Origin: an uncultured Bacilli bacterium
GTDB lineage: Bacteria > Bacillota_I > Bacilli_A > RFN20 > CAG-288
Direction of reading: 5' to 3'
Assembly (NCBI GenBank): GCA_944371605.1
Contig: CALVXU010000015.1
Coordinates: forward strand, 9,686 to 73,685
Length of the DNA stretch: 64,000 nucleotides
The notes beneath the pieces were generated by a model. That model had not been told where the DNA came from, did no database searches, and saw only the letters and a program-made list of their open reading frames with translations. Positions 48,982-58,921 of the stretch are shown piece after piece. How positions within the stretch are numbered: position 1 is the stretch's first letter; the number at the start of each line of letters is the position of its first letter. The position numbers were made by a program, and so were the translations under genes.

Positions 48982-50481
48982 TTAGACACCTATACGATCT
49001 AAGACGTCTAAACATTCAGCGATATTTTCATCGGCTCTCAAATCAGTCGTGCCAAACGCATCAAAATAAGTAGTTGTAGTATTGATATCGCCTGATTGTG
49101 TTTGATAAGTCAAAGCAAAGACAGGTTTATCAGGATCATTCAAATCAATTGTCAATGATGAGAAACCAAAATTATAGCTGCTATCACTAGTATAGGTTGG
49201 TTGCACATGCGATAAATAATCACCTACACCAAAGAGAACATCTAAAACTGAAAAACCAAATCTATAATCAAGATAAGGGAAATTAGCTAAGTCAAAAGTA
49301 TAGACTTTGCTATTCGAATCATAAGTAAAGAATGCTGGGCTGAGCATATCCATACGTGGTAAAGCGCTAGTTAATGTCTCATAATAATCAGCTCCGATGA
49401 TACCAGAAAATTCTGAATCTGGTGACACAGCATATCCATAATAGGCATCTAGGCTTGTTTGATCTTCATCATTCAAATAGATAGTTCCGAATTTTAGACC
49501 AGTATATGTGCGTCCTTGATCAGCATCTGTCAATTCATAATTAGAGAACATGTAATTGAGATGTTCGGTGTCTTCCAATGCTCCAGCAGCATCAAAGTCA
49601 TAATAATTGTTATAAGTTGTTTGTTTAGTTTGAACACCATGTTCTCCCATATCAATGCTTTGAGTAAAATTACCACCTAATAACTTAGTCTCTAAATTGT
49701 CTAATGCGTTAGACAATGCCAAATACTCTTCGCTTTCTTCGCCTAAAGATGATGTCATCGGGGCTAGATCAGCAACAGAATCAAGATGAGAAAACTCAGC
49801 ATCTATCTTTTCATACACACCACCAAATTTATCAGCAGTCACCAAATAAAAGGACATCGATAAAGGTGTACCTGTCATATCAGTTACAACATTTAAATCT
49901 TTTATATATTGTTGTTTAGTGGTGATATCCCAGCTAAACGAATCAAAAGATTGGAAATTATTTAAAAAGTCATTTAAAACATAACCGAGACCGATGTCAT
50001 TAGCAGTATAAACCAATTGTCCTTCCGACTCGGTGACATCAAAGGAAGAGGCGATGCGACTAGCAGTTGTCATCGTCGCAAAAGGACCAGAAAAATAATT
50101 TCTAAAATTGACTGGTGATTGTTCAGTATCAACAACGCTCGTTGAAGTGACTTCATTACTGATGGTCAAAGTATCTAAAATTGTATAATTGTTTTGATTG
50201 CGATAATGATTCGAAGACACCAATGCTCCTGTCGAAGTGTAAATTGAAATATTGAGATGTGAATCGTCAGTTTCGGTCACCATGCGATATTCAGCATCTG
50301 AATAGCTTGAAGTGATTGAACTTTCTAATGAATATGCTCCAGAAAAGAATTCAGCGAGAGCAGAATTTTGACTAGCATAATCACTAGCAGCATTTAAGCT
50401 TGGTGAAGCGAGTGTAACATTTTGTCCACTAACGCCGAGAAGCAAAGGGACAAATAAAGAAATAAATTTTACTTTTTTCAT
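48982..50481 (-). CDS. Secreted protein, distantly related to the two downstream paralogs
   Basis: Signal peptide MKKVKFISLFVPLLLGVSG. The composition is Ser/Thr/Asp/Tyr-rich and the gene is part of the operon. I recognised no catalytic motif. Confidence 0.6.
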   Translation of the reverse strand: MKKVKFISLFVPLLLGVSGQNVTLASPSLNAASDYASQNSALAEFFSGAYSLESSITSSYSDAEYRMVTETDDSHLNISIYTSTGALVSSNHYRNQNNYTILDTLTISNEVTSTSVVDTEQSPVNFRNYFSGPFATMTTASRIASSFDVTESEGQLVYTANDIGLGYVLNDFLNNFQSFDSFSWDITTKQQYIKDLNVVTDMTGTPLSMSFYLVTADKFGGVYEKIDAEFSHLDSVADLAPMTSSLGEESEEYLALSNALDNLETKLLGGNFTQSIDMGEHGVQTKQTTYNNYYDFDAAGALEDTEHLNYMFSNYELTDADQGRTYTGLKFGTIYLNDEDQTSLDAYYGYAVSPDSEFSGIIGADYYETLTSALPRMDMLSPAFFTYDSNSKVYTFDLANFPYLDYRFGFSVLDVLFGVGDYLSHVQPTYTSDSSYNFGFSSLTIDLNDPDKPVFALTYQTQSGDINTTTTYFDAFGTTDLRADENIAECLDVLDRIGV

Positions 50482-50482
50482 A

Positions 50483-51985
50483 TTATGCCGCTCTCCTTAA
50501 TGTGATTTTTGCACTATTGTTCTCGATAGAATCAATGGTGAAGATGATTCCTAATTTAGGTCCATTGGAGCCATCACCATCAAAACGGAAATCTTCGTAA
50601 AAGCCTTCGATGATGCTTTCAGTACCGAATGAATCTCCCGCCTTAAACAAGTCATCATCTGTAAAACTGATGGCTGAATCAGTCATATATCGATTATCAG
50701 CCTTTTGACTGAGTAATGAAACTAAAGCGTAATTTTGATCTATTCCATATGTATATAAAGGATTAGTAGAAGAGTTCGAATACGCATAAGTGTACTGAGA
50801 ATCAGTATATTCTGTCTCGCCAATAAACGGATAATAATATCCATCATTTCTTCTGGCTAAACGAGAATCGACTTTATAAACTTTAACTCCAGCAGAATCA
50901 GTTAATTCTAACATTAAGTATTCACCAAAAATACCTGTTTGCGCATATGAAAGAATCACTGAATCACCACGTTCTAAAGTTATTTCTTTATCTGTGGTCA
51001 AATCAGATGGAGTATAAATCTCTGGATTTATCCATCCTAACTGATATTTGCTGAAAGGATTGTGGTCTTCGCCTTCGGCTCCTTCCATGATATCTGTGCC
51101 ACCTAAAGGAGCTCGATATTTTGCCTCTCCATCTTCATCGCTATATCCGGTTTGATCAAAGTAATAATCTAAACCTAGAGCACGTCCTACTTCTTTAATA
51201 TATTGTTTTTGATCATGTTCATCATCAACTTTAGCAGTGGTCCAAGTCATAGAATTAACTTCTGAGATAGGACTGAGATAGGTGCTTTCACTGAAGAAAC
51301 TCGATAGAACATCATCATAAGAGGAATTTAAAATCCAAGAATTGTAACTCCAAGAATAAGCGATTACTAAATTATCGATTTTTCCATCATCATCAGAATC
51401 AAAATCGTGTGAATAATACGTCTCTGTTTCCACAAACAAATACTGATAAATATAATCAGTGATTTCACTGATGACTGCATCATTTCCTTGATTAGCGGCA
51501 GCTAAAACATAAGTTGCAAAATCTTTTGGTAATCTCACTACTGGTGAAACAACTCCATCGAGTGATAATTGCTCATCAGAAGAAGTGTCATAAAAAGATT
51601 TAACACTATCGCTTGCGCCAAAATAAGCTTGCTCGAGCTCCTCTCTCTGCTCGCTAGTGATGAGCTCATTTTCAGTAGCACTCCCTTCATCAGCGATTAA
51701 AAACTCAACAGGTACAACTAAGATATTAGCTTGTCCTTTTTGAGGTAAAGCGTTTTGGCCAGAAGACTTTCTCATCATCCCCAATTCCGTCAGTTCTCCA
51801 GCAGGATTTTTTACGCTTGGTTGTTTAGCATCAGCCAATGCATTATCTCCAGGCTGCCAATTGGGATCATATGGTTTAGCACTTGAATTAGAAGAATTTG
51901 ATGTCGAAGAAGTACCTGTACATCCTGACACTAAAGTCAAAAGTAATAAAAATGAGGTGAAACCTACATATTTAATATTTTTCAT
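50483..51985 (-). CDS. Lipoprotein with an M6 (immune inhibitor A)-like fold but no HExxH motif
   Basis: Lipobox LVSGC. NILVVPVEFLIADEG, SVKSFYDTSSDEQLSLDGVV and DSDDDGKIDNLVIAYSW are collinear with M6 peptidases. At the position of the zinc motif (HEfGH.LGLpDlYd) the sequence is KEVGRALGLDYYFD. Confidence 0.55.
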   Translation of the reverse strand: MKNIKYVGFTSFLLLLTLVSGCTGTSSTSNSSNSSAKPYDPNWQPGDNALADAKQPSVKNPAGELTELGMMRKSSGQNALPQKGQANILVVPVEFLIADEGSATENELITSEQREELEQAYFGASDSVKSFYDTSSDEQLSLDGVVSPVVRLPKDFATYVLAAANQGNDAVISEITDYIYQYLFVETETYYSHDFDSDDDGKIDNLVIAYSWSYNSWILNSSYDDVLSSFFSESTYLSPISEVNSMTWTTAKVDDEHDQKQYIKEVGRALGLDYYFDQTGYSDEDGEAKYRAPLGGTDIMEGAEGEDHNPFSKYQLGWINPEIYTPSDLTTDKEITLERGDSVILSYAQTGIFGEYLMLELTDSAGVKVYKVDSRLARRNDGYYYPFIGETEYTDSQYTYAYSNSSTNPLYTYGIDQNYALVSLLSQKADNRYMTDSAISFTDDDLFKAGDSFGTESIIEGFYEDFRFDGDGSNGPKLGIIFTIDSIENNSAKITLRRAA

Positions 51986-52176
51986 GTCTCCTCCTTATAA
52001 AAACTCATATAGTTAAAGTCTTTATTAATAAAATATCAAGAGAATAAAGAGGATAGATGCTAAGAAAGAATAATGTTAGGGCTTTCATATATCAAAATAA
52101 AATATTTTTTTAAAAAAGCAGTAAACAAAATCAGTAAAAACTTTTATACTTTCCACATATCCACGGGAGGTGTTTT

Positions 52177-53742
52177 ATGAAAAAACTAATATGTTTATTG
52201 TCAATCGTATCACTTGTCTCGTTAGTAGCTTGTGATACCGATTCAAGTTCTAATTCGGTAAGTCAGCCATCGTCTCCTATAAGCACTACTGATCCAGATA
52301 ACCCTAGCTCGTCAACAAGTGAACCTGATGTTCCGACAACATATCCGGATGAATTAAAAGATTTGCACGCATTATTAAATGCTAGTTATGAATCATTGCA
52401 ATCCTCTATCACTTCTCTTTCTTATACAATAACAGCGCCTAGCATATCTGATGGTGAAACAACTGACACGACTCATTATAGCTTCGCCTTAAATCAAAGA
52501 CTCGAAGAAAGATATGATGAAAATCAAGAATTAGAAGAGTCGAGATATTATGCTATCAATAATGATTTATTTTATGATGTGACTGCCGATGCTTCTGGAA
52601 ATATATCAGAGGCGAGTCGCAAAAAACTCACTGATGAAGCTGTCAGTCCTAACGATATTTTTTATAATCAATCGATTGATAGAGATAGTGCAGAGAATAG
52701 CGTATCCCCAGACTTGCTAAATACTTTATATGAATTCCAAGCATTATTGCTCCCAGAAAATAATAAAGATTTGCTAACATCTTCTTATGAATTGTTTGAA
52801 ACAGATGGCGGTTATACTGTATTAGCAAACGCTTATGTCTCAAGAACAGAAACAACTTATAATTATTGGGATATCACCGCTGAATTAGATGATCAATTTC
52901 ATTTAACATATTTTCTTGTCTATCGCTATAATTCTATCTCTTCAGAAAACTGGGACTCCGATGAGAATAAGCCATTAGATACCAGCTCTTTATCTCAAAC
53001 AAGTTTAACTCTAGAAAACATAACATATGGGGAATTAACAGAAAAAAGTCCTTTGTTAGAAAATTATGACACAGGTTTTATTTCTCAAGTCAATGAAGCG
53101 AATGTTCAATTCGGTCCTTTAAATGACATGGGAACAGGAATTGGACAAGTTCATACAGAACCACAAATCGGTGACATCGTTGTAGTCGATCAAAGTTCTT
53201 TAGACGTTTTACCTGCTGATGCTATTGATATGGATACTTTGGTGATAACTGATTCTTCTAATGAAGAGGTCATCGCTTTTACAAATGATGATATGAGTGG
53301 AAGATGTTTTTGGACAGTGCTTGCTAATGGCGACACAACCTTGACCATCGGTAACGCGGCTGATGAAAATTTATATACATTGGATTTGACTGTTGAAGCG
53401 GTTGCTGAACAATCTTCTTATGAACTATTTAACTTAACTGATGGTGGTATGACATTTACAATTACTGCTAATAAAAATGAAATCGCAACTGCATCTGCCG
53501 CAGTGACTAATGAAAATGGTGAGCCGGTAAATGGTCCTTTTGTACTCGATGAATGGGGATATATTTCCGCCGGATTCAACTACACAATTTCAAACACACA
53601 AGTGGTTTCAATGTTCTCTATTATGGAAGATGACAATCCTGACGACTATATGGTTACTATAGAAGTATTGGCTGGTAGTCAAGAAGGTATGGCTACAATC
53701 ACAGTAGGACAATTTACAAACATATATGTAATCGTTCAATAA
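52177..53742 (+). CDS. Lipoprotein
   Basis: MKKLICLLSIVSLVSLVACDTDSS has lipobox LVAC, followed by a Ser/Pro/Thr-rich linker. I recognised no family. Confidence 0.7.
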   Translation: MKKLICLLSIVSLVSLVACDTDSSSNSVSQPSSPISTTDPDNPSSSTSEPDVPTTYPDELKDLHALLNASYESLQSSITSLSYTITAPSISDGETTDTTHYSFALNQRLEERYDENQELEESRYYAINNDLFYDVTADASGNISEASRKKLTDEAVSPNDIFYNQSIDRDSAENSVSPDLLNTLYEFQALLLPENNKDLLTSSYELFETDGGYTVLANAYVSRTETTYNYWDITAELDDQFHLTYFLVYRYNSISSENWDSDENKPLDTSSLSQTSLTLENITYGELTEKSPLLENYDTGFISQVNEANVQFGPLNDMGTGIGQVHTEPQIGDIVVVDQSSLDVLPADAIDMDTLVITDSSNEEVIAFTNDDMSGRCFWTVLANGDTTLTIGNAADENLYTLDLTVEAVAEQSSYELFNLTDGGMTFTITANKNEIATASAAVTNENGEPVNGPFVLDEWGYISAGFNYTISNTQVVSMFSIMEDDNPDDYMVTIEVLAGSQEGMATITVGQFTNIYVIVQ

Positions 53743-53754
53743 TCAAATTCGCAT

Positions 53755-53790
53755 AAGCCTGTTAAGTAAAAAAGCTTGACAGGCTTTTTT
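53755..53790 (+). terminator. Rho-independent terminator
   Basis: AAGCCTGT (53755-53762) pairs with ACAGGCTT (53779-53786) and is followed by TTTT. Confidence 0.65.
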
Positions 53791-53804
53791 CTTTCATCTA
53801 TACT
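53776..53804 (+). promoter_or_regulatory. Sigma-70 promoter of rpsP, overlapping the preceding terminator
   Basis: TTGACA (53776-53781), a 17-nt spacer, then TATACT (53799-53804). AGGAGG lies at 53821-53826 and the ATG at 53835. Confidence 0.55.
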
Positions 53805-53834
53805 TTAAAAGCTACAATTTAGGAGGCAATAAAA

Positions 53835-54110
53835 ATGGTTAAAATTAGATTAGCTAGAATCGGTAGAACTAGCCTTCCCACTTATAGAATCGTCGTCAGC
53901 GACTCTCGCAGAACTCCTAGCTCTGAATGCTTAGCTGATTTAGGACACTTTGATCCAAATAGTGAGAAATTAGTCGTCAATGAAGAAGAAGCTCTCAAAT
54001 GGTTAGGCTATGGTGCTGTTCCTTCTGATTCAGTCAAAACTCTTTTAAAGAAATCTGGCGTTTACGAAAAATTCTTAGCTAGTAAAACTAAGAAAACTGG
54101 AGCAAAGTAA
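53835..54110 (+). CDS. rpsP: 30S ribosomal protein S16
   Basis: MVKIRLARIGRTSLPTYRIVVSDSRR. Confidence 0.96.
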   Translation: MVKIRLARIGRTSLPTYRIVVSDSRRTPSSECLADLGHFDPNSEKLVVNEEEALKWLGYGAVPSDSVKTLLKKSGVYEKFLASKTKKTGAK

Positions 54111-54112
54111 AC

Positions 54113-54409
54113 ATGGAATACGGAACTAACCTCGACCTCACTGAGGACATCCGCTCACTTGTTGAGCCCTTGGTTAGCAATCCTGAAGTTCTCACCATTG
54201 AGAGAATGGATAAACCAGAGAATCTCAACAAGAAAGAACAAAATTATCTTATCCTTTGTGAAAAGCAAGATTTAGGAAAGTTGATCGGCCGTCATGGCGT
54301 CATTTCTGATTCCATTAGAACGCTTCTCAATGTTTCCACAAAAAATATGAGAAAAAAGATTCACCTTCGTTTTGAATCTTTAGAAGATTTCAAAAAGACT
54401 GAGGAATAA
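54113..54409 (+). CDS. KH-domain RNA-binding protein (YlqC/UPF0109-like)
   Basis: LVEPLVSNPEVLTIE...DLGKLIGRHGVISDSIRTLL (KH GxxG-like loop), in the conserved position between rpsP and rimM. Confidence 0.8.
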   Translation: MEYGTNLDLTEDIRSLVEPLVSNPEVLTIERMDKPENLNKKEQNYLILCEKQDLGKLIGRHGVISDSIRTLLNVSTKNMRKKIHLRFESLEDFKKTEE

Positions 54410-54456
54410 AATGTGGGGAGCATCAGCTCCCCTCTTTTTCTCTAAAGGAGAATAAT

Positions 54457-54951
54457 ATGGCAGTTAAAAAAATCGGACATATCGTAAACACATTTGGAAT
54501 AAAAGGCCAACTGAAAGTATCTGTATCATCTTCTACTCCAGATAAAAGATTTGCTGTTGGCAAAGAAATTTTAATCAAAGACACAAATGGTGTAGAACAA
54601 ACATATAAAATTAAATCTTTTTTCTTAAAAAATCCCAAAATTGCCATCATAGGCTTAGAGGGATTTGATGATATCAATCAAATAGAATGGATGGTTGATC
54701 ATGATATTCTAGCAACTGTGAGAGCACCTAAAGGCACTTTCTTTTATGATGACTTAGTCGGTATGAAAGTATTCGATAATGACAACAAGGAGATTGGCAT
54801 AGTGTCAAATGTTGTTAAAATGCCGGCTGGCGACTACTTACTGGTCGATAAATACTATATTCCTTTCCAATTAGATCGATTTATCGAAAGTGTAGATAAA
54901 ATAAAAAAGTGTATCAAATTAACTGCGCTCGGCACTGAAACCTGCAAATGA
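54457..54951 (+). CDS. rimM: 16S rRNA processing protein RimM
   Basis: IGHIVNTFGIKGQLKV... plus a PRC-barrel C-terminus. The start follows AAAGGAGA. The TGA stop overlaps the trmD ATG. Confidence 0.9.
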   Translation: MAVKKIGHIVNTFGIKGQLKVSVSSSTPDKRFAVGKEILIKDTNGVEQTYKIKSFFLKNPKIAIIGLEGFDDINQIEWMVDHDILATVRAPKGTFFYDDLVGMKVFDNDNKEIGIVSNVVKMPAGDYLLVDKYYIPFQLDRFIESVDKIKKCIKLTALGTETCK

Positions 54952-55730
54952 TGATAATCAAGATATTGACTCTTTTTCCTGACTTTTATGCTAATTTTTT
55001 GTCATCATCGATAATTGGACGAGCTATCTCTAAAAAAATAGTCAAATTTCAAATCATTAATATTCGAGATTATTCTTTAGATAAAAATCATCGTGTTGAT
55101 GATCATCCAATCGGTGGTGGAGCTGGGCTTATCATGAGATTAGAACCATTAGTGGATTGCTTAAGAAACAACACTTCTTCATCTACACATAAAATATTTT
55201 TAGGTCCTAAAGGAAAAACATATAAACAGGAAGATGCGGTCAGATTAGCTAAACTAAAAGAAATCTGTCTGATTTGCGGACATTATGAAGGTGTTGATAG
55301 CCGTTTTGAAAAGTATTACGATGAAGAGATTTCATTAGGTGATTTCATCATGACTGGTGGCGAAATCGCCAGCCTTGCTATCGCTGATAGTGTAGTCCGT
55401 TTATTAGAAGGTGCGATAAATCACGATTCCATCTCTGAAGAAAGTTTTAATGATGGCTTATTAGAATATCCACAATACACTTATCCTAAAGAATATGAAG
55501 GAATGAAAGTCCCTCCTATTCTATTTTGTGGAAATCACGAAATAATTAAAGAGTATCGTCATAAAGAAGCTTTAAAAGAAACATTTAAAAAGCGTCCCGA
55601 TTTATTAAAAACATATCGTTATGATAAAAAAGATCAAGAAATCATCCAAAAACTGAAAGATGGAAAAGAACTTGATCTGAGTAAAAAAGAAGAAAAAGCC
55701 TTACAAGCCGGGCATAAATTTATCAAATAA
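54948..55730 (+). CDS. trmD: tRNA (guanine37-N1)-methyltransferase
   Basis: IKILTLFPDFY, DDHPIGGGAGLIMR, LICGHYEGVDSR, GDFIMTGGEIASLAIADSVVRL. Confidence 0.95.
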   Translation: MMIIKILTLFPDFYANFLSSSIIGRAISKKIVKFQIINIRDYSLDKNHRVDDHPIGGGAGLIMRLEPLVDCLRNNTSSSTHKIFLGPKGKTYKQEDAVRLAKLKEICLICGHYEGVDSRFEKYYDEEISLGDFIMTGGEIASLAIADSVVRLLEGAINHDSISEESFNDGLLEYPQYTYPKEYEGMKVPPILFCGNHEIIKEYRHKEALKETFKKRPDLLKTYRYDKKDQEIIQKLKDGKELDLSKKEEKALQAGHKFIK

Positions 55731-55770
55731 ATGCTATATCAGTGCTAGATACACTGATATAGCATTTTTT
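55730..55770. terminator. Bidirectional terminator between the convergent trmD and ffh genes
   Basis: AATGCTATATCAGTG (55730-55744) pairs with CACTGATATAGCATT (55752-55766). TTTT follows on the plus strand and A-run/T-rich sequence on the minus strand. Confidence 0.7.
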
Positions 55771-57106
55771 ATTTACGCCCAAATCTTGACATCAACATCG
55801 GATTATTTTTCATCATCGTCATTTGCTTTTTCATATTTTCAAATGATTCAATCAGTTTAGTGACTTCACTAGGCGTCGATCCGGAGCCATGAGCGATTCT
55901 CAATTTACGACTCGATTTGATGATATTCGGGCTTCTTCTCTCTTCTCTAGTCATCGAATTGATGATCACTTCTGTCTTTTTTAATAACGCCTGAGCCTGC
56001 TCCATCTGTTCTTCTGACAGTTTTGGAACTCCAGGCAGCATGCGCATGATTTTTCCAAGCGGGCCCAATTTATTCATCTGTTTCATGATAGATAGCATAT
56101 CTGTGAGATCAAATTGACCATTCATCATTCGGCGAGAAGTCTTTTCAGCTTGTTTTTCGTCCAATTTTGCTTGGACTTCTTCAACAAGTGAAACGATGTC
56201 TCCCATTCCGAGAATTCTAGACGCCATTCGATCAGGATGGAAGTTTTCCAAATCTTCCATTTTTTCACCAACACCAGCATATTTGATTGGCAAACCCGTC
56301 ATCTTCTTGATAGATAAAGCGGCGCCACCACGAGAATCACCATCTAGCTTAGTCATAATCAAGCCGGTGATTTTAATTGTTTGTGAAAAAGTCAAAGCGA
56401 CATTTGTGGCATTTTGACCGACCATCGCATCAACAGTCAACAAAGTTTCATCAACATGAACAGTCGATTGAATATCTTTTAATTCCTGCATCAATTTTTC
56501 ATCGATTTCCAAACGACCTGCTGTATCCAAAATCAAAATATCATATTTTTCTTTAACAGCTTTTTCATAAGCGGCTTTTGCAATCTGTGGCGGCAAAGTT
56601 CCAGATCTATCAAAATAAGTGTCAATCGCAGGATCACATTTCAATCCCAAATTGATCAATTGATCAATAGCAGCTGGACGATAGATATCTAAAGCGCCTA
56701 ATAAGATTCTCTTATGATTTTTTCGCTCAAATAAATTTCCTAATTTAGCAGCAGAAGTGGTTTTACCAGTTCCTTGCAAACCTACCATCATAATCACCGT
56801 CGGTTTGCCATCCAAACGAAAACAAATATCATTGTCCCCTGCGCCGAGCAATGTTTCCATTTTATCATGGACAATTTTAACGACCATATCACCTGGAGAG
56901 ACTTTATTCAAAACCTTTTGACCGATGGCCTCTTCTTTAACTTCAGAAATAAAACCACTGACAACACTATAATTAACATCAGCTTCAAGAAGAGCTCTTC
57001 TCACTTCTTGGAGCATATCATCCATATTTTTTTCAGTTAATGTCGCTTGCCCGCGTATTTTTTTTATAATTCCAGATAAGCGATCTCCAAGTGCCTCAAA
57101 TGCCAT
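55769..57106 (-). CDS. ffh: Signal recognition particle protein Ffh
   Basis: MAFEALGDRL, GLQGTGKTTSAAKL, DTAGRL, TKLDGDSRGGAALS, and a Met-rich M domain. I moved the start to the ATG at 57106, 8 nt after AAAGGAGA. Confidence 0.96.
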   Translation of the reverse strand: MAFEALGDRLSGIIKKIRGQATLTEKNMDDMLQEVRRALLEADVNYSVVSGFISEVKEEAIGQKVLNKVSPGDMVVKIVHDKMETLLGAGDNDICFRLDGKPTVIMMVGLQGTGKTTSAAKLGNLFERKNHKRILLGALDIYRPAAIDQLINLGLKCDPAIDTYFDRSGTLPPQIAKAAYEKAVKEKYDILILDTAGRLEIDEKLMQELKDIQSTVHVDETLLTVDAMVGQNATNVALTFSQTIKITGLIMTKLDGDSRGGAALSIKKMTGLPIKYAGVGEKMEDLENFHPDRMASRILGMGDIVSLVEEVQAKLDEKQAEKTSRRMMNGQFDLTDMLSIMKQMNKLGPLGKIMRMLPGVPKLSEEQMEQAQALLKKTEVIINSMTREERRSPNIIKSSRKLRIAHGSGSTPSEVTKLIESFENMKKQMTMMKNNPMLMSRFGRK

Positions 57107-57431
57107 ATTCAATTTCTCCTTTTATTTCTTCTAATATTTTCTTTTGAACATCAGTGATATTATCATCGTCTAATTCACTGAATAAATATCTCAGTTTTTT
57201 TAATCTCTGATATAGTTGTAATTTATTTTCATATTCGATGAGAGCCTTTTCTCCATCATGTAAAGAATCATAAATAGCGGTTTTGGAAACACACTCATTT
57301 TTAGCGATTTCACTATATGATAAATCATCTAAATAAAAAGATTCCATACGTCTATAAACTACTTCGGTGAGTAATTTTCCATATATGACTAATAAATTTC
57401 CGATATCTTCTTTAGTGAGGTTCTCTGCCAT
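57096..57431 (-). CDS. ylxM: YlxM/UPF0122 helix-turn-helix protein
   Basis: YLDDLSYSEIAKNECVSKTAIYDSL (sigma-70 region-4-like HTH), in the conserved position upstream of ffh. Confidence 0.85.
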   Translation of the reverse strand: MAENLTKEDIGNLLVIYGKLLTEVVYRRMESFYLDDLSYSEIAKNECVSKTAIYDSLHDGEKALIEYENKLQLYQRLKKLRYLFSELDDDNITDVQKKILEEIKGEIEYGI

Positions 57432-57433
57432 AA

Positions 57434-57685
57434 TTAAAAAATCAAAAAACTAAAACAATCTATCAATAATAAAATTATTGCTGAAGATAAAAACCTTTGC
57501 CAAAATTCCTTAGTGACAAAACAGCGCTTTTTATCATTAGCTAAAAGAATGGCAAATATAAAAGCGATGACCAAACTAGAAATGATCTGTGCCAAATAAT
57601 AATTAGGAAAAATGGCGCTGATAACAAAAGAGACAACCATATTGATAAAAAAGCAAATAACAAAAGAAATTATAAAAAAGCTCAT
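57434..57685 (-). CDS. Small membrane protein (3 predicted TM helices)
   Basis: An 83-aa hydrophobic ORF lying between ftsY (4-nt overlap) and ylxM (2-nt gap). Confidence 0.5.
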   Translation of the reverse strand: MSFFIISFVICFFINMVVSFVISAIFPNYYLAQIISSLVIAFIFAILLANDKKRCFVTKEFWQRFLSSAIILLLIDCFSFLIF

Positions 57686-58920
57686 TTATCATTCTCCTTT
57701 CCAATCAATAAGCCATACAAGTATTTGTCTAAATCAAATTCTTCTAAATCATCCATTTTTTCTCCGAGACCGATAAAGCGCACAGGAAGACCCAATCTAT
57801 GTCGGATTGATAAGATTATACCACCTTTACTAGTACCATCCATTTTTGTGACAACAATGCCAGTGAGAGGAGCACTAGTCAAGAATACCAAAGCTTGATC
57901 AATTCCATTTTGACCGGTATTAGCATCAAGAACTAAAAGAGCTTCGTGCGGAGCATCCGGTATCACTTTATGAATGACTCTAACCATCTTGCTCAACTCA
58001 TCCATCAATGCTTTTTTATTTTGCAAGCGGCCAGCAGTGTCGATAAATATCAAATCATATTTATCTTCAAGACCCTTTTTTAATGCATCATAGCAAAGTG
58101 AAGCGGGATCAGACTGCGGTTTAGATATGATATCTACACCAACACGTTTTGCCCAAATCTCTAATTGCTCAACTGCACCTGATCTAAAAGTATCAGCGGC
58201 AACTAATAAAATCTTCTTTCCACGATTTTTATATTTATATGCCAATTTAGCGATAGTAGTAGTTTTACCAGAGCCATTGACTCCACAAATAAAAACTACT
58301 GTCGGACCATTTTTAGCGAAGTTTAAATCAGTAGAAAAGCTATCTCCATCGTTAGCATAGCTGATGAATAATTTATCGATTAATATATCATTGACTTCAT
58401 CTGGCGGAACATCTTTGTCAGTTGCTATTTGTGAGATTTCTTTTAAAACATCAACTATGATGTCATAGCTGACATCAGCTTCAAACAAAATAGCTTCTAA
58501 CGCATCTAAATACTCTTTATTAACTTTTCGATGAGAATGAGCTAATCTATTCAACTTATCAGTAAAACCTAAACGAGATTTATCTAAGCCAGCGACATAT
58601 TTAGTGACTGCTTTTTTAGTCTCTTCCGTCTCAACTACAACTTCTTTTTTGATTTCTTCATGAGATTTTATTTCGATTTGTTTAGGACGATTTTTTATAG
58701 CTTCCTCTTCCGCTTTTTTTAAATCATCAGGACAGGGGTTTTTAACCACTTGTCCAAAATCTCCGATCACTTGAACAGGCTTGTCAATTTGTTGCTGGAT
58801 TTTTTCAGCTTTCTTTTGCTGGATTTGTTCACGTCTATCAGTTTCTGCATCGATTATTTTTTGTTCTTCTTCAGCAGAATGTTTACCGAATTTTCTCTTT
58901 AAAAAAGAAATGAGCCCCAT
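57682..58920 (-). CDS. ftsY: Signal recognition particle receptor FtsY
   Basis: GVNGSGKTTTIAKLA, DTAGRLQNK, TKMDGTSKGG. I moved the start to the ATG at 58920, 5 nt after AGGTGA. Confidence 0.95.
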   Translation of the reverse strand: MGLISFLKRKFGKHSAEEEQKIIDAETDRREQIQQKKAEKIQQQIDKPVQVIGDFGQVVKNPCPDDLKKAEEEAIKNRPKQIEIKSHEEIKKEVVVETEETKKAVTKYVAGLDKSRLGFTDKLNRLAHSHRKVNKEYLDALEAILFEADVSYDIIVDVLKEISQIATDKDVPPDEVNDILIDKLFISYANDGDSFSTDLNFAKNGPTVVFICGVNGSGKTTTIAKLAYKYKNRGKKILLVAADTFRSGAVEQLEIWAKRVGVDIISKPQSDPASLCYDALKKGLEDKYDLIFIDTAGRLQNKKALMDELSKMVRVIHKVIPDAPHEALLVLDANTGQNGIDQALVFLTSAPLTGIVVTKMDGTSKGGIILSIRHRLGLPVRFIGLGEKMDDLEEFDLDKYLYGLLIGKENDK

Positions 58921-58921
58921 A

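Noticed and set aside
54423-54677. 84-aa minus-strand ORF
   Set aside because: It is antisense to the 5' half of rimM and to the KH-rimM intergenic region. rimM is strongly supported.
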